From assembly GCA_963833125.1 (NCBI GenBank), contig CAWHWX010000016.1, positions 288,001-352,000 of the forward strand: 64,000 bases of DNA, given 5' to 3'. Each line of letters starts with the position of its first letter. The stretch's first letter is position 1. A program made the translations under genes and the position numbers. Under the pieces are notes generated by a model, which worked only from the letters and a program-made list of their open reading frames with translations, had not been told where the DNA came from and ran no database searches. Shown piece after piece: positions 39,485 to 50,165 of this stretch. This DNA is from Candidatus Bathyarchaeota archaeon (GTDB taxonomy: Archaea > Thermoproteota > Bathyarchaeia > 40CM-2-53-6).

Positions 39485-39919
39485 TTGAAACGTGGAACGG
39501 CAGGGTTTGGTTTACTGGTAGTCCTGTTCACATTCCTGTTGGTTTTGGTTAATGTTGGACAAGTGTGGGCTGATACGACTAATCCAAACCCGCCCATGGC
39601 AGGTCAACCCTTCACAATAAGCGGAACAGCTACGACGGGAGGATTCGGCTCTCTGTATGCTGGGTCAGGCTGTTCTGTTGTCAATAGCATCACCAACGTG
39701 TTTGACCCGTCGCCTGGGTCGTTCACTGATTCGTTTCCTGGACAGCCAGCAGGTTCATACTCCTTCTCCCATGAAGGTGACGCATCTGGTTGTGTGAACT
39801 TCACAGTCAACTCTCCTCCTCCAATCCCAGAATATCCACTTGGATTACCAATCCTCGCAATCCTCCTGATAATCGGGTACGGTTTAGTTAGACGCCGAAC
39901 AAGAAACAATCCACGTTAA
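39485..39919 (+). CDS. Small secreted protein with PEF-CTERM-like anchor
   Basis: Signal peptide; ends PPIPEYPLGLPILAIL-TM-RRRTRN. Confidence 0.7.
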   Translation: MKRGTAGFGLLVVLFTFLLVLVNVGQVWADTTNPNPPMAGQPFTISGTATTGGFGSLYAGSGCSVVNSITNVFDPSPGSFTDSFPGQPAGSYSFSHEGDASGCVNFTVNSPPPIPEYPLGLPILAILLIIGYGLVRRRTRNNPR

Positions 39920-40030
39920 GGTCGTTGGGCCGTCGAGGCACAATCGTTCCAGTACATTCACGATAATGCTTCTCGACACGTTACGTTAAATAGATATGAC
40001 TTCCTCACATTGTTGTGGCTTGGGGAGCTT

Positions 40031-40525
40031 ATGGTTCAAAGGTTCATGATTGTTACGGTCCTTTCGATTCTAGTGTTCACGATTATCGGAGCTACCTTCC
40101 TCTCTCCAGTATACGCACCACCATGCACCCAGACTGCTTCCCTTTCTTCATCAACCATAACGCAGGGAACTTCCAGCGTAGGTGTTAGTGGAACAGATAC
40201 TTGCGACTCCTTTCCAGCAGGAGGAGCTTTTGTGGCAACTATTCTTTCGTCGGGCGCGTGTCCTGGTGGTGCAATTGCTTCTGGGCCTGTCGATACCTCC
40301 ACCGCTGCCGGTACTGGTGCTTTCTCCGCTACTATTCCTACTGATTTCCTCAGCCCAGGTGCATATTGCGTCCGTACGAGTTTTCTCTCTGGCGACCCTA
40401 TTTTCAATCCTCTCAGCATTACTTCCTCAGCTCCACCCATCCCTGAATACCCCTACGGGTTACCCTTGCTCGCAATTCTCACGATACTCTCCTACGCCGT
40501 GATTAGACGCAGAACTCGAAACTAA
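40031..40525 (+). CDS. Small secreted protein with PEF-CTERM-like anchor
   Basis: Signal peptide, four Cys; ends PPIPEYPYGLPLLAIL-TM-RRRTRN. Confidence 0.7.
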   Translation: MVQRFMIVTVLSILVFTIIGATFLSPVYAPPCTQTASLSSSTITQGTSSVGVSGTDTCDSFPAGGAFVATILSSGACPGGAIASGPVDTSTAAGTGAFSATIPTDFLSPGAYCVRTSFLSGDPIFNPLSITSSAPPIPEYPYGLPLLAILTILSYAVIRRRTRN

Positions 40526-40619
40526 ACTTCGATAGAGCCGTTCGCAGGCTGTTTGAAGCAGGGCGCAGCCAACCAAAAAATAATATCGTCCATATCGAAG
40601 CCCTCAAAATGACGGTGAT

Positions 40620-41036
40620 ATGAAAATGAAGATCAAACTTACCAGCGTATTTGTGACCGATCAAGACAAGGCTCTGAAATTTTACACTAATGTTTTAGGC
40701 TTTGTCAAGAAACTGGATTTTCCTGCCGGGAAATTCAAATGGCTGACAGTTGTCTCCCCGGAGGAGCCCGAGGGCACCCAGCTGCTTCTTGCGCCAACCG
40801 ACATTGGGGGCTTTCACGGGCCAGCAGCCAAGACATACCAAGGAGCTCTTTTCAAGCAAAGTATACCCGCAGCGAATTTCTTTGTTGAGGATATTCAGAA
40901 AGAATATGCGAGGCTGAAGGACCTGGGCGTGGTGTTTACCATGACACCATCAAAAACGACAGGGTCAATCATAGCTGTGCTTGACGATACATGTGGTAAC
41001 CTCATTCAACTAACTCAGCTCACTTGGTCAATGTAG
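40620..41036 (+). CDS. VOC/glyoxalase-family protein
   Basis: SVFVTDQDKALKFYT.VLGF, WLTV.SPE, F.VEDI...Y..L...GV.F, DDTCGNLIQL. Confidence 0.9.
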   Translation: MKMKIKLTSVFVTDQDKALKFYTNVLGFVKKLDFPAGKFKWLTVVSPEEPEGTQLLLAPTDIGGFHGPAAKTYQGALFKQSIPAANFFVEDIQKEYARLKDLGVVFTMTPSKTTGSIIAVLDDTCGNLIQLTQLTWSM

Positions 41037-41068
41037 CAAAAAACAACCTACTATACGCAGAGTGAGAC

Positions 41069-41506
41069 TTGACGATGAAGAAGAGTAGTTCCCAAGGAGT
41101 CGAATCTGCATCTCGACTGATAGATGCGAGAATCCAGGAGCTAGGCGACTGGCGCGGAGAGATGCTTTCCCGCCTCCGCGCTTTGATCAAGCAAGCCGAC
41201 CCCAACGTGGTCGAGGAGGTGAAATGGAGGAAGCTAACGAACCCTGCCGGGGTTCCGGTATGGTCCCACGACGGGATTATTTGCACCGGCGAGACCTACA
41301 AGAACCATGTGAGGCTGACCTTCGCCAAGGGAGCTTCTCTCAAGGACCCGAAAGGCGTCTTCAACGCCAGCCTCGAAGGCAACGCCATGCGCGCAATAGT
41401 AATCCATGAGGGAGACGAGATTGACGAGAAGGCTTTCAAGATTCTCGTTCGCGCCGCCGTTTCTTTGAACACGTCTTCGGCCAGAAGCAGAGAGCGTCAT
41501 ACCTAG
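41069..41506 (+). CDS. DUF1801 domain protein
   Basis: LGDWRGE.L.RLR.LI..ADP.VVEEVKW...GVPVWSHDGIICTGETYK..V.LTF.KGA.L.DP. Confidence 0.88.
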   Translation: MTMKKSSSQGVESASRLIDARIQELGDWRGEMLSRLRALIKQADPNVVEEVKWRKLTNPAGVPVWSHDGIICTGETYKNHVRLTFAKGASLKDPKGVFNASLEGNAMRAIVIHEGDEIDEKAFKILVRAAVSLNTSSARSRERHT

Positions 41507-41711
41507 AGGCAGCTAAGTCGCTGGTGGGCGACCTCACTTGGGCGCCTCCGAACGGATTGACAAGGAGATCTGGCCCTCCGACTGAAGGGGAGTACATGAC
41601 TGAGGGGGATATACTGGCTGGGATCCGTATCCCACCTGTCCCACCATATCACTCCAATTTCAGTAAATGTGTAGCATTGAACTCGCCGGCCTTCGCAAGC
41701 CAATGATCGCT

Positions 41712-42410
41712 CTATTTGTTCAACGAAAGAAAGGCGTTTACCAGTTCTACCGGTTTGGTTATCATCGGCCAGTGCCCTGATTCTATGACCTTGTGGGGGC
41801 CGTCTAGCTTTCCCCACTTTCCTTTCAGGATCTCGTCGACGGGGTCGCCGCCTCCGGTGCAGAATATGTAAGCACTCTTCACGGAATCAAAATTCTTTGA
41901 TAGGGTTATCGGTTCGCTCGAGTGTTTCATGGGCCAGGGCGTTGACTTGGACAGCATCCATTCGCGGTCTGCACCCTGAACATCCTTTCCGATATTGTCA
42001 AGGATTTCCGCGGTTAGAGGGATCGCCCACTCACCTGGCTTGAGACCTCCAAACTCATTGGGATCGAAGCCCCCTTGCGGTGTCCTGACCTTCTGGGGCC
42101 GGAACGCGTCCAAGTAAAGAATCATCCTCACTTTCTCGGGTGCACGGTCTGCTACAGCCCCAACGACCTTACCGGCGAAGCTGTGACCCACCAGCACGAA
42201 ATCGCGGAGGTCATTGTATTTGATCACGTTCAGAACGTCTTGAACTGCGGTCTCAATGCCAACGTCCTTGGAAGCGAGGTGAACTCTTTCTCCCATACCG
42301 GTCAAGGTGACCGGATATGCTTCGTGCCCTTCCTCCTCTATTAGGGGTGTAACCTTCTTCCAGGCCCACCCTCCCAACCAAGCACCCGGGACGAGCACAA
42401 ACACAGTCAT
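41712..42410 (-). CDS. Alpha/beta hydrolase (methylesterase-like)
   Basis: FVLVPGAWLGGWAW, LVGHSFAG nucleophile elbow, SGHWPM. Confidence 0.9.
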   Translation of the reverse strand: MTVFVLVPGAWLGGWAWKKVTPLIEEEGHEAYPVTLTGMGERVHLASKDVGIETAVQDVLNVIKYNDLRDFVLVGHSFAGKVVGAVADRAPEKVRMILYLDAFRPQKVRTPQGGFDPNEFGGLKPGEWAIPLTAEILDNIGKDVQGADREWMLSKSTPWPMKHSSEPITLSKNFDSVKSAYIFCTGGGDPVDEILKGKWGKLDGPHKVIESGHWPMITKPVELVNAFLSLNK

Positions 42411-42456
42411 ATCGAAATCGACACCTGAGTGTTAGACCCGAACCAGCTGTATGAAG

Positions 42457-42833
42457 TTACGCCCCGTATCCCTTCTTCCTTAGATTTTCCTTAACTCGAA
42501 AGGTTACGATTTTTCTCACTAAATCGTATGGAATCGGCTTTTCGATGGGAAATTGCACCGAGCCTTTTGCGGTTTTGTATGGCGATAATTCCTTTTTGAA
42601 TTCGTCAATGCCTGAGGATGTGGGATAAAACCCAATATGTTTTTTGAATGCTGCAAACCACACTACGTTGCCGTTTAGTTTGAATGTGGGTATTTGATAG
42701 CTAATCGCTTCAATAGCTCCAGGTGCCGCTTTTCTGATTGTTTTCCTCAATTTTTCTAGAATACCTTGAACATTCTTCGGATAGGATTTGATGTACTCAT
42801 CTACCGTTTCGACTTGTTTCTTGCGGTGGACAT
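42457..42833 (-). CDS. DUF1801/YdhG-like protein, 5' end apparently frameshifted
   Basis: Upstream frame reads VETVDEYIKSYPKNVQGILEKLR, then ISYQIPTF, FAAFKKHIGFYP and KGSVQFP. Confidence 0.85.
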
Positions 42834-43171
42834 AAATTTGGTTTAGAGAATTGTAGATAATTAAGCTTCGTTGATCTTCGAGTTTAGTTTCTTAGCTTTC
42901 AGCCTTCAAGAAGTTGGAAACTATTCCATTCTACCCGAAGGATAAGCGTTGATGATACTGAGGGCACGCCGGTGCGTGTTGATCTTGCGGCTTATTTTTG
43001 GAAGATGAAGACCAATCGAGTAAGCGGGATAACGACAGTTTGGGCTAGCGAAGTCAGTAAGATAATTCCTGAAGCTTCGTCCAAGGCAGAATCACGCTAA
43101 TCCTATGAGAAAACCATTTTAGGTGTTCACGCGTCCTGAAAGACATGTCCATGTGAAATGGGATGGTTTAG

Positions 43172-43670
43172 ATGATGTCCAGACCTGTGCAGGGTAATGT
43201 ATTTCAAATAAATGTAAAGCCAGAGACAGATGGGGCGCGGGGTATTCCAAAATTACCGACTCCGCAGCACACGAGTTACCAGATCTGGGTTGGATGGCGA
43301 CTTCAATCGGTGGAGGCATGAGGAGGCTCAGGATAATTTAGCGATGGCGGTTCTACTCATGCCCTTGGAGACCATTGAGGAACTCCAAAAGGAGGGTTGG
43401 CCCCTCAAACCGGGAGATATAGGCGAGAATTTCACAACCCAAGGAATTCCATATAATTCATTCGCGCCTGGAAAACATTATCGAATCGGAGAGGCCGTGA
43501 TCACTATTACCAAACCCTGTGACCCCTGCAGCTTCCTATACTCACTCCCAAACATCGCAAAGGACAAAGACATTGTCAAAGCCATGTACAACAGGAGGGG
43601 CTGGTATGCCAGTGTGGAAAACGAAGGATGGGTCGCGAAAGGCGATTCAATAGCGGAAGTAATCAGTTGA
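43172..43670 (+). CDS. MOSC-domain protein, apparent frameshift near 43265
   Basis: GNVFQINVKP...RGIPK in the first frame, then GLDGD, PGDIGENFTT.G, ITKPCDPC and RRGWYA.V...G.V..GD.I. Confidence 0.85.
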
Positions 43671-43821
43671 CCAGTTCCTAAACGACACGCTTTTCGTCTC
43701 GTAGTAAGGGCGGCGTTTTTTTAGAAGCAATTGAAAGATGGAAAGTTCGATTTCAGGGACTTGTAACTCTGTGTTTCACGTTATATCGATGCGATTGCTA
43801 GTGTGTGGTATGTGATTTCGC

Positions 43822-44802
43822 GTGGTCACTGATCGGTACGTGGTGGGTGTTGACGGAGGAGCAACAAAAACACTGGCTATGATTGGAACGGCAGCAGGAA
43901 AAGTTCTTGGAAGAGGAGTCGGGGGCTCCTCAAACCATCACAACATAGGCGAGCTTGCATCAAGTAAAGCCATCAGGGCCGCTGTTGCTAACGCAAAGAA
44001 GCAGGCAGGTCTCGCTAGGCGGAAAGCAGCCATGGCGATTGTCGCTTTGGCAGCAGTTGACTCTACTGAGGACTTTCGTGTTGCTCGGCGTTTTGTTCGA
44101 CGCGCAAATGTCGCTGAAGAAAGCCTAGTGATTCATGACTCGGTAGCTGCTCTGTACGCTGCAACTCAAGGAAGACCTGGAATAGTGGTGAACTCGGGCA
44201 CAGGATGCTTTGCAGCTGGAGTCAACCACGCTGGCGAATATGTTAGGATTGGAGGGTGGGGATACTTGATAGACGATAAAGGAAGCGGGTTCGACATTGG
44301 AATGAGCGCGATCACCATGGCCTTCAGAATGATGGATGGACGCACACCGCCCACCAAGCTACCGACTCTTCTGAAACGTAGACTGGGAGTGAAGATGTTC
44401 GATGAAATTCTCGATAACATCTACGCGAATAAACTGAGTGTTGAGGATATTGCTCGCCTGGCTCCGTTAGTATCTAAGGCAGCGAGCAACGATAGGATCT
44501 GCAGACGAATCTTGAATGCGGCAGGGACGTCACTTGCCGAATTAGCCATCACAGCAGCGAGGCGTCTGAAGATGACGAACCGCCCATTTCAGCTTGCTAC
44601 GGTTGGGGGAGGCTTCAGATCCGGCCGTTATCTTCTCGAACCCTTCACCTCCACCGTCAAAAACGAATGCCCTCATGCACGTTTCGTAACTCTAAGAGAT
44701 GAACCGGCTAGGGCAGCATACCTGATTGCCACGAAACTAGCACAGTATGGCCTCAAGGGTCTCCCGCGCAATGATCGATGGCTAGTCCGGCTTGTCAACT
44801 GA
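43822..44802 (+). CDS. BadF/BadG-type N-acetylglucosamine kinase
   Basis: GVDGGATKT, IHDS..AL, VNSGTGC, RIGGWGYLIDD.GSGF.IG. Confidence 0.85.
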   Translation: MVTDRYVVGVDGGATKTLAMIGTAAGKVLGRGVGGSSNHHNIGELASSKAIRAAVANAKKQAGLARRKAAMAIVALAAVDSTEDFRVARRFVRRANVAEESLVIHDSVAALYAATQGRPGIVVNSGTGCFAAGVNHAGEYVRIGGWGYLIDDKGSGFDIGMSAITMAFRMMDGRTPPTKLPTLLKRRLGVKMFDEILDNIYANKLSVEDIARLAPLVSKAASNDRICRRILNAAGTSLAELAITAARRLKMTNRPFQLATVGGGFRSGRYLLEPFTSTVKNECPHARFVTLRDEPARAAYLIATKLAQYGLKGLPRNDRWLVRLVN

Positions 44803-44984
44803 GACGTCACCCGTGGGAACTTTCGCTGATTGCGACGAATGCAAAAAAGACGTCGCAAATCGTTGAGCTTATTATCAATCTTCGTCTGTTAACTGTCGAG
44901 TCTTATGATGAAGCTCGCCTGAAAATGATGATAACTGAGTCCAGTAAGATGTGTAGGAAGTAAACAGGGTCAGCAGGCCGTTCC

Positions 44985-46046
44985 TTGCAGCATAATATGT
45001 TAAGGGAGATTCACGAGCAACCTAAAGCCGTAGGCGATACGCTACGAGAAGAATTCAAGAAAGCACGAACAGTCCTGCAAGAATTGGATGCTCCCAAGAT
45101 TTCCATGGTTTACTTCACAGGGAGTGGGACCAGTTATCATGCCTGCTTGGCTGCAAACTACGCGCTATCCGCCTTGACAAGGATTTCCTCCACCACCCTC
45201 CCCGCTTCAGAGTTCTCATCCTGGGTCAAGCAAAACGTACAAACAAATACAGTCGTGGTCGCACTCTCGCAATCCGGAGAGAGCGTTGACGCCTTAGCCG
45301 CCGTTAAATCCGCGGCTGCCGCCGGCATGAGGACAATCAGCATAACCAATGCAGATCAAAGTAGCTTAGCTAAGCAAACAGAATTCCAACTATTTGGGCG
45401 GGCGGGAGAGGAGAAGGCTTTGGCTGCGACCAAGAGTTACACAGCCACGTTGGCTGCGGCTTACGCACTGGTCGTCGAGTTGGCTCGAAGTATCATCCCG
45501 ACTTCCGAGAACATCGAGCTTATGGAACGAGGTTTGCGAAATGCAGCAGACCAAATACAACTTACCTTAACCCTCAGCGAAGATCGAGCTAGGTCCCTTG
45601 CGTCAAAGTTCGCTGACAAGCAATTGCATTTCATGCTTGGAAGCGGCCCCAATTATCCTACTGCCATGGAGGGTGCCCTAAAGTTGAAAGAATGCTGTAA
45701 CCTCTACGCGGAAGGGTTTGCTACTCGAGAGTTTCTGCATGGGCCTATGCAGCTGGTAGATTCTCGGACGCCAGTCTTCTTACTCCAAGGTCCCAATGAA
45801 GGCGAACAAGTGGCTCAGCTGGGAAAGAGTTTCCTCAAGTTCGGTGCTCCAACGGTAGTGATAAAACGTGAGGACGGGGAAGGTATGGCAGAGGGTTTCG
45901 ACATTATTTGCGTCGCTCCAGACATCGAGGAAGTATTCTCTCCGCTGGTATACGTCATTCCGCTTCAACTGTATGCATTTTACTCAGCTTTGGAGAGAGG
46001 ACTTAACCCAGATAGTCCGATCAAGCTAACGAAGGTAGTGAAATGA
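44985..46046 (+). CDS. Double-SIS sugar-phosphate deaminase/isomerase (GlmD/FrlB-like) #1
   Basis: MLREIHEQP, GSGTSYHA, SQSGES, ATKSYT, EGALKLKE, EFLHGP, GLNPD.P..LTKVV. Confidence 0.88.
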   Translation: MQHNMLREIHEQPKAVGDTLREEFKKARTVLQELDAPKISMVYFTGSGTSYHACLAANYALSALTRISSTTLPASEFSSWVKQNVQTNTVVVALSQSGESVDALAAVKSAAAAGMRTISITNADQSSLAKQTEFQLFGRAGEEKALAATKSYTATLAAAYALVVELARSIIPTSENIELMERGLRNAADQIQLTLTLSEDRARSLASKFADKQLHFMLGSGPNYPTAMEGALKLKECCNLYAEGFATREFLHGPMQLVDSRTPVFLLQGPNEGEQVAQLGKSFLKFGAPTVVIKREDGEGMAEGFDIICVAPDIEEVFSPLVYVIPLQLYAFYSALERGLNPDSPIKLTKVVK

Positions 46047-46732
46047 TGACCAGAGTGAAGGCGGTCTTATTCGGAATCGACGATGTTCTCTACGACGCCA
46101 CGTTCCAGACGACTAATGCGAGGTTAAGCGCCGTCAGAGCGATGATCCAGGCGGGTCTCCCTGTTGACCTGGAGACGGGATATCGAACGCTTGAGGAAAT
46201 CGTGAAGGAGCTTGGGTCCGACAACACGAAGCACTTTGATAGGCTAATGGAGAAACTTGGCTTGAAGTGGAATCCAAGCGTTGTCGCTGCTGGAGTTGTG
46301 GCTTACCGTGAAACTAATCCGATCTACCTCAAGCCATACCCGGACACTATGCCTACAATCCTACGACTTAGGGACCTGGGAGTTAAAGTTGGATGCGCTT
46401 CTGGTGGCAAATCGGTAAAGCAATGGCAGAAACTCGTTAGCCTAGGACTACAGTATTGCTTCCACGCCGTTGTAATCTCAGAAGATCTGGGATTGAATAC
46501 GTTCAATAAAGAAGTCATTGAAAAGACCGTGAACTTGCTCGGCGTCCCGGGTCCTGAGACCTTCTATGTCGGCACTAACCCGAAGACAGAGCTCGCAGTT
46601 GCGGACGATGCCCATCTAATCCCAGTTCGTCTTCGCAAAGGAGATTCGCGATCAGAGAAAACCATTGAATCTAAGGCTCGGCACGAGGTCGACAAACTTT
46701 CGGAGATTTTGGAGCTAACTGAAAGCCTCTAG
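46043..46732 (+). CDS. HAD-superfamily hydrolase-like protein (TIGR02253-like); first catalytic Asp replaced (FGIDD)
   Basis: KAVLFGIDDVLYD, AR..AV.AMI.AGL, AAGVVAY, PYPD, KQWQKL. Confidence 0.75.
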   Translation: MMTRVKAVLFGIDDVLYDATFQTTNARLSAVRAMIQAGLPVDLETGYRTLEEIVKELGSDNTKHFDRLMEKLGLKWNPSVVAAGVVAYRETNPIYLKPYPDTMPTILRLRDLGVKVGCASGGKSVKQWQKLVSLGLQYCFHAVVISEDLGLNTFNKEVIEKTVNLLGVPGPETFYVGTNPKTELAVADDAHLIPVRLRKGDSRSEKTIESKARHEVDKLSEILELTESL

Positions 46733-47847
46733 AGTTTCAGATGTTTTCTCAAATCTCTGACTCTCTTCAATCTGAGAGCTGGGTCTGTCAAAAAGTCAGC
46801 AATGTCTGAAACGGTTGAGTAAACACGTTTAGAGTAGCTGGCATACCGACCAGCAACGGCGTTCGCGAAGAGTAACCCCTCTTCTTCCGTCAAACCTAAA
46901 GCATCTGCTATCATGATTCCTGCATTCCAGGAGTCCCCTGCCCCAGTTCCGCGCCTTGGCACGATTGCAAAAGCCGGAACGAGAGTAACCTGGTCCTCTA
47001 TAATTGAAGCTGAATAGTCAGCTGTGTGAAGGTAGATTTTCGCTCCAGTATTAGCACTAATCACTTTTCCGGCGGCTAAGACGGCATTGTCCGATCGTCC
47101 TCGTAATTTGTGTCCATACAGCCTTGCGAAGATCAAAGCCTCATTCTCGTTTACACCCCAAATGTCTATCAATTCATTCCGCAAAACCCTCCTATTGAGG
47201 TCAGAGAGATCCCTTATCCTAGGCCGTGGGTCCGAAGAATCAAAGAAAGTACGCGCTCTCGAATGCGTGCGGCAGTATTCGAAAACCTTCTCGGCTAGCT
47301 CCGTTCCTTTCTTATTGTACAGCCAATTGAAAACACAGACATAACGAGCCTTAGTGATTATGGCGAGATCATCTGAATCCAGATCCTCAAAACTAAATGG
47401 CGTGATGTTTGAAGCGTCACCCAGCATAATGTTGGTTGAACTATTCCGATTCCGAAGCTCGAGAATAATCGTAGGTGAGAGAGTTCCAGTTAGTTTGATT
47501 CTGGTAAGATCGACCTTAGGCGTTTCGTAAAAGTATCGCATTAACCGTAATCCAAGAGCATCTGTCTTCATTAGCGGATGAACCTTGGCGCCTAAGTTTG
47601 CGAGCGCAATTGTGCATATTGCCGCGTTTCCTCCAACTTCCAATGTTTGTGGAACATTAGAGATCTCGCCACCACCCCTTCCTGCAGCCGACAAGATTCT
47701 CCTCGTAAGGTATCGTGCATCGAAGTCACAGGACGATGAGTGATCTAAGAAGAAGTCAGGCATCGCAACAACATCCAAATCGACCTCTGCATTCTCTAAC
47801 TTCGCAAGTAATCTTTGACGAAGATCTTCAAAATGCGACGTTGTCAT
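46729..47847 (-). CDS. PfkB-family carbohydrate kinase #1
   Basis: MPDFFLD, GGNAA, NENEA, GTGAGDSWNAG; start taken at MTTSHFEDL. Confidence 0.82.
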   Translation of the reverse strand: MTTSHFEDLRQRLLAKLENAEVDLDVVAMPDFFLDHSSSCDFDARYLTRRILSAAGRGGGEISNVPQTLEVGGNAAICTIALANLGAKVHPLMKTDALGLRLMRYFYETPKVDLTRIKLTGTLSPTIILELRNRNSSTNIMLGDASNITPFSFEDLDSDDLAIITKARYVCVFNWLYNKKGTELAEKVFEYCRTHSRARTFFDSSDPRPRIRDLSDLNRRVLRNELIDIWGVNENEALIFARLYGHKLRGRSDNAVLAAGKVISANTGAKIYLHTADYSASIIEDQVTLVPAFAIVPRRGTGAGDSWNAGIMIADALGLTEEEGLLFANAVAGRYASYSKRVYSTVSDIADFLTDPALRLKRVRDLRKHLKL

Positions 47848-47939
47848 TGAAGAAGACTGAATACCACTTCCACTGGGTTCTATAAAGAACCAGTCCACCC
47901 TGTAGACAGATTGCAAACTTTGGGAGGAAGGGCGGATTC

Positions 47940-48985
47940 GTGTCCAGAACCAACATGTACTTCTTCGAGAGATACGCGAACAACCAGGTGCAATACGCAA
48001 GTCAGTCGGAGCCGAGAGACACGAAATTAATCAAATAGCACATCTGCTGCAGAGGCGAATCCATTTCATGGGAATGGGCTCATCATACTTTGCCTCTCTG
48101 TACGCTAACTACTTGTTTGCAGAGCTGATTCATAGCACGCCAGTGAACTATCTTGCGTCTGAGTTCATCCACTACCCATCCACGATCCCAACAAACGAGA
48201 TTATCCTCGCATTATCTCAATCAGGCGAGAGTATAGAGACGGTCAAAGCAGTTCAAAGCCTGAAGAAGAAGGGTAACGTCGTCATTGCGGTAACTAACGA
48301 GCCCAGAAGCACTCTAGCGAGACTCAGCGACCGAGTTCTCCTGACCCATGCCGAAAAGGAGAGGGCGAGTTCTACCAAAACCTTTGCATCAACTTTGGCA
48401 ATCCTCTATTGCCTCATCGCCTCGATCGCCGCGCAGAGCGGGCAGATCAGCGAGAGAAAGCGGGATATCCTTTTTGAAAAGTTATTGCAAATGACTCGGA
48501 CAATGGATGAACGCATGGAGTCTTGGAGCCAGAAAGCAAAACACCGTGCGATCAAACTACTCAACTGCGAGGCAGCTATGATACTCGGACGTGGACCAAA
48601 TCTACCTGCAGCACTTCAAGGCGCCCTTCTCCTGAAAGAGGTGACAAAGTTCCCTGCTGAAGGTATGTCGTCAGGCGAGTTTGCTCATGGACCCATCGAG
48701 GCCATTTCTAAGAAAATCAGTGTAGTCGTTCTGGGCGGGGGGCGAACTTCAAAGCTTCAAAACAGAGTTGCACTCCGTTCGAAGAGCTTGCATGCGAAAG
48801 TTCTCATGATTGCACCACACGAAGTTAGAAATATGGATTCAATAAGTTACGGTGAAACCGATGAAGACCTAGCGGTATTCCCTTGCGCAGCATTGCTCGA
48901 GCTTCTCGCGTACCATGCTGCAATTAGAAAGGGATTGAACCCGGATCAATTCAACGTCATCCACAAGGTAACAAGACGAGAGTAG
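47940..48985 (+). CDS. Double-SIS protein #2 (start codon unresolved)
   Basis: Frame extends upstream of the listed ORF (QNQHVLLREIREQPGAI); GMGSSYFA, SQSGES, STKTF, GALLLKE, EFAHGP, GLNPD. Confidence 0.85.
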
Positions 48986-49934
48986 TTGGTTATGGAGACC
49001 TCTGGCCTCGTCGCCTTCGGCGAAGTGGCTCTTGATATCATTCTTGCGGGAGTCGATAAGGTCCCGAGACGTTGGTCTATCCTTGGAACTACAAGGGCCG
49101 CTTGTGCTGTATCAGCTGGAAGTGCTGGGTACGTTGCGCAATGCTTCGCTAAACTTGGAGGTCGCGCCTCCATCCTCGGGAAGATAGGCAACGATAACGT
49201 TGGGCGACTGGTGTTAGATGGATTCGATCGTTGCGGTGTATCCACTAAAGAATTAATCATCGACAGGGAAGCGGAGACTGAGATATCCACGGTCTTCTTG
49301 TACAACGACGGCAACAAGTCGTCAGTGGTTTCAAATATTCTACCCATAGGGCCATACGAGTTCAATAAAAATGGTCTTACCAATGGCAGAGCGTTCCATT
49401 TTGCGGGATACTTACTCTACCCAAACCTATGGGGTAAACGTGCGATCACCCTATTCAAAACGGTGAAGAATCAGGGACTTTTGGTGTCCGCAGATCCTCA
49501 GATGAGTGCCACTGGGGATTGGAGCCGACCCTTCCAAGGTACCCTTGAGCATCTGGACGTGCTCCTTCTAGATGAAGAGGAGGCTAGACGGATTTCTCGA
49601 AGAAACCGTATACCGGATGCAATTGAGAAGTCTTCTGAGAAAGGGGCCCCGAATCGTGGCGGTCAAATCAGGTCGAAGAGGCTGTACCGTGGGGTTCGGA
49701 GACCGGATTCGGAGAATCAAGGCCTACGAGGTGAATAGCATTTCAACGATTGGTGCAGGAGATGCATTCGACGCCGCATTCATCTATGGCTCCCTCAAGA
49801 ACTGGAGCGTTGAGAAGACCGCTTGCTTTGCGAATGTTGTAGCAGCAATCAGCACAACCCAATACGGATGCATGACTGCAATACCCAGAGCGAAGACGGC
49901 GGAAAGAATTTCGCAAGCGTATTATCGCGATTAA
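48986..49934 (+). CDS. PfkB-family carbohydrate kinase #2, apparent frameshift near 49635
   Basis: AGSAG..A...AKLG, GKIGND..G, then VAVK.G..G and TIGAGDAFDAAF. Confidence 0.85.
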
Positions 49935-49990
49935 CTATGGAAATGTTAATACCGTAACCGGTTCGGAAGTTTGAGCTGAGGCATTTTGTT

Positions 49991-50160
49991 ATGATAGATG
50001 TTCATGTTCACCCGATGCTCGTGAAGGAATTGACCGACAGCCGACCAGCGCTATTACAGGATGCTAGGGAACTATTCGATTTACGAACTGGTCCCCAACC
50101 ATTGTCTACGCTACTGGATGAAATGGATGTCTGCAAGATCGACTATTCAGTGCTAAACCT
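49991..50160 (+). pseudogene. 5' fragment of an amidohydrolase-family gene
   Basis: MIDVHVHP...LLDEMD...ID.SVL metal-binding N-terminus stops after about 55 codons where the convergent SIS gene ends. Confidence 0.55.
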
Positions 50161-50165
50161 AGCCT

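Noticed and set aside
47848-48000. N-terminal extension of the PfkB #1 ORF
   Set aside because: Overlaps the 5' end of the divergent SIS gene.
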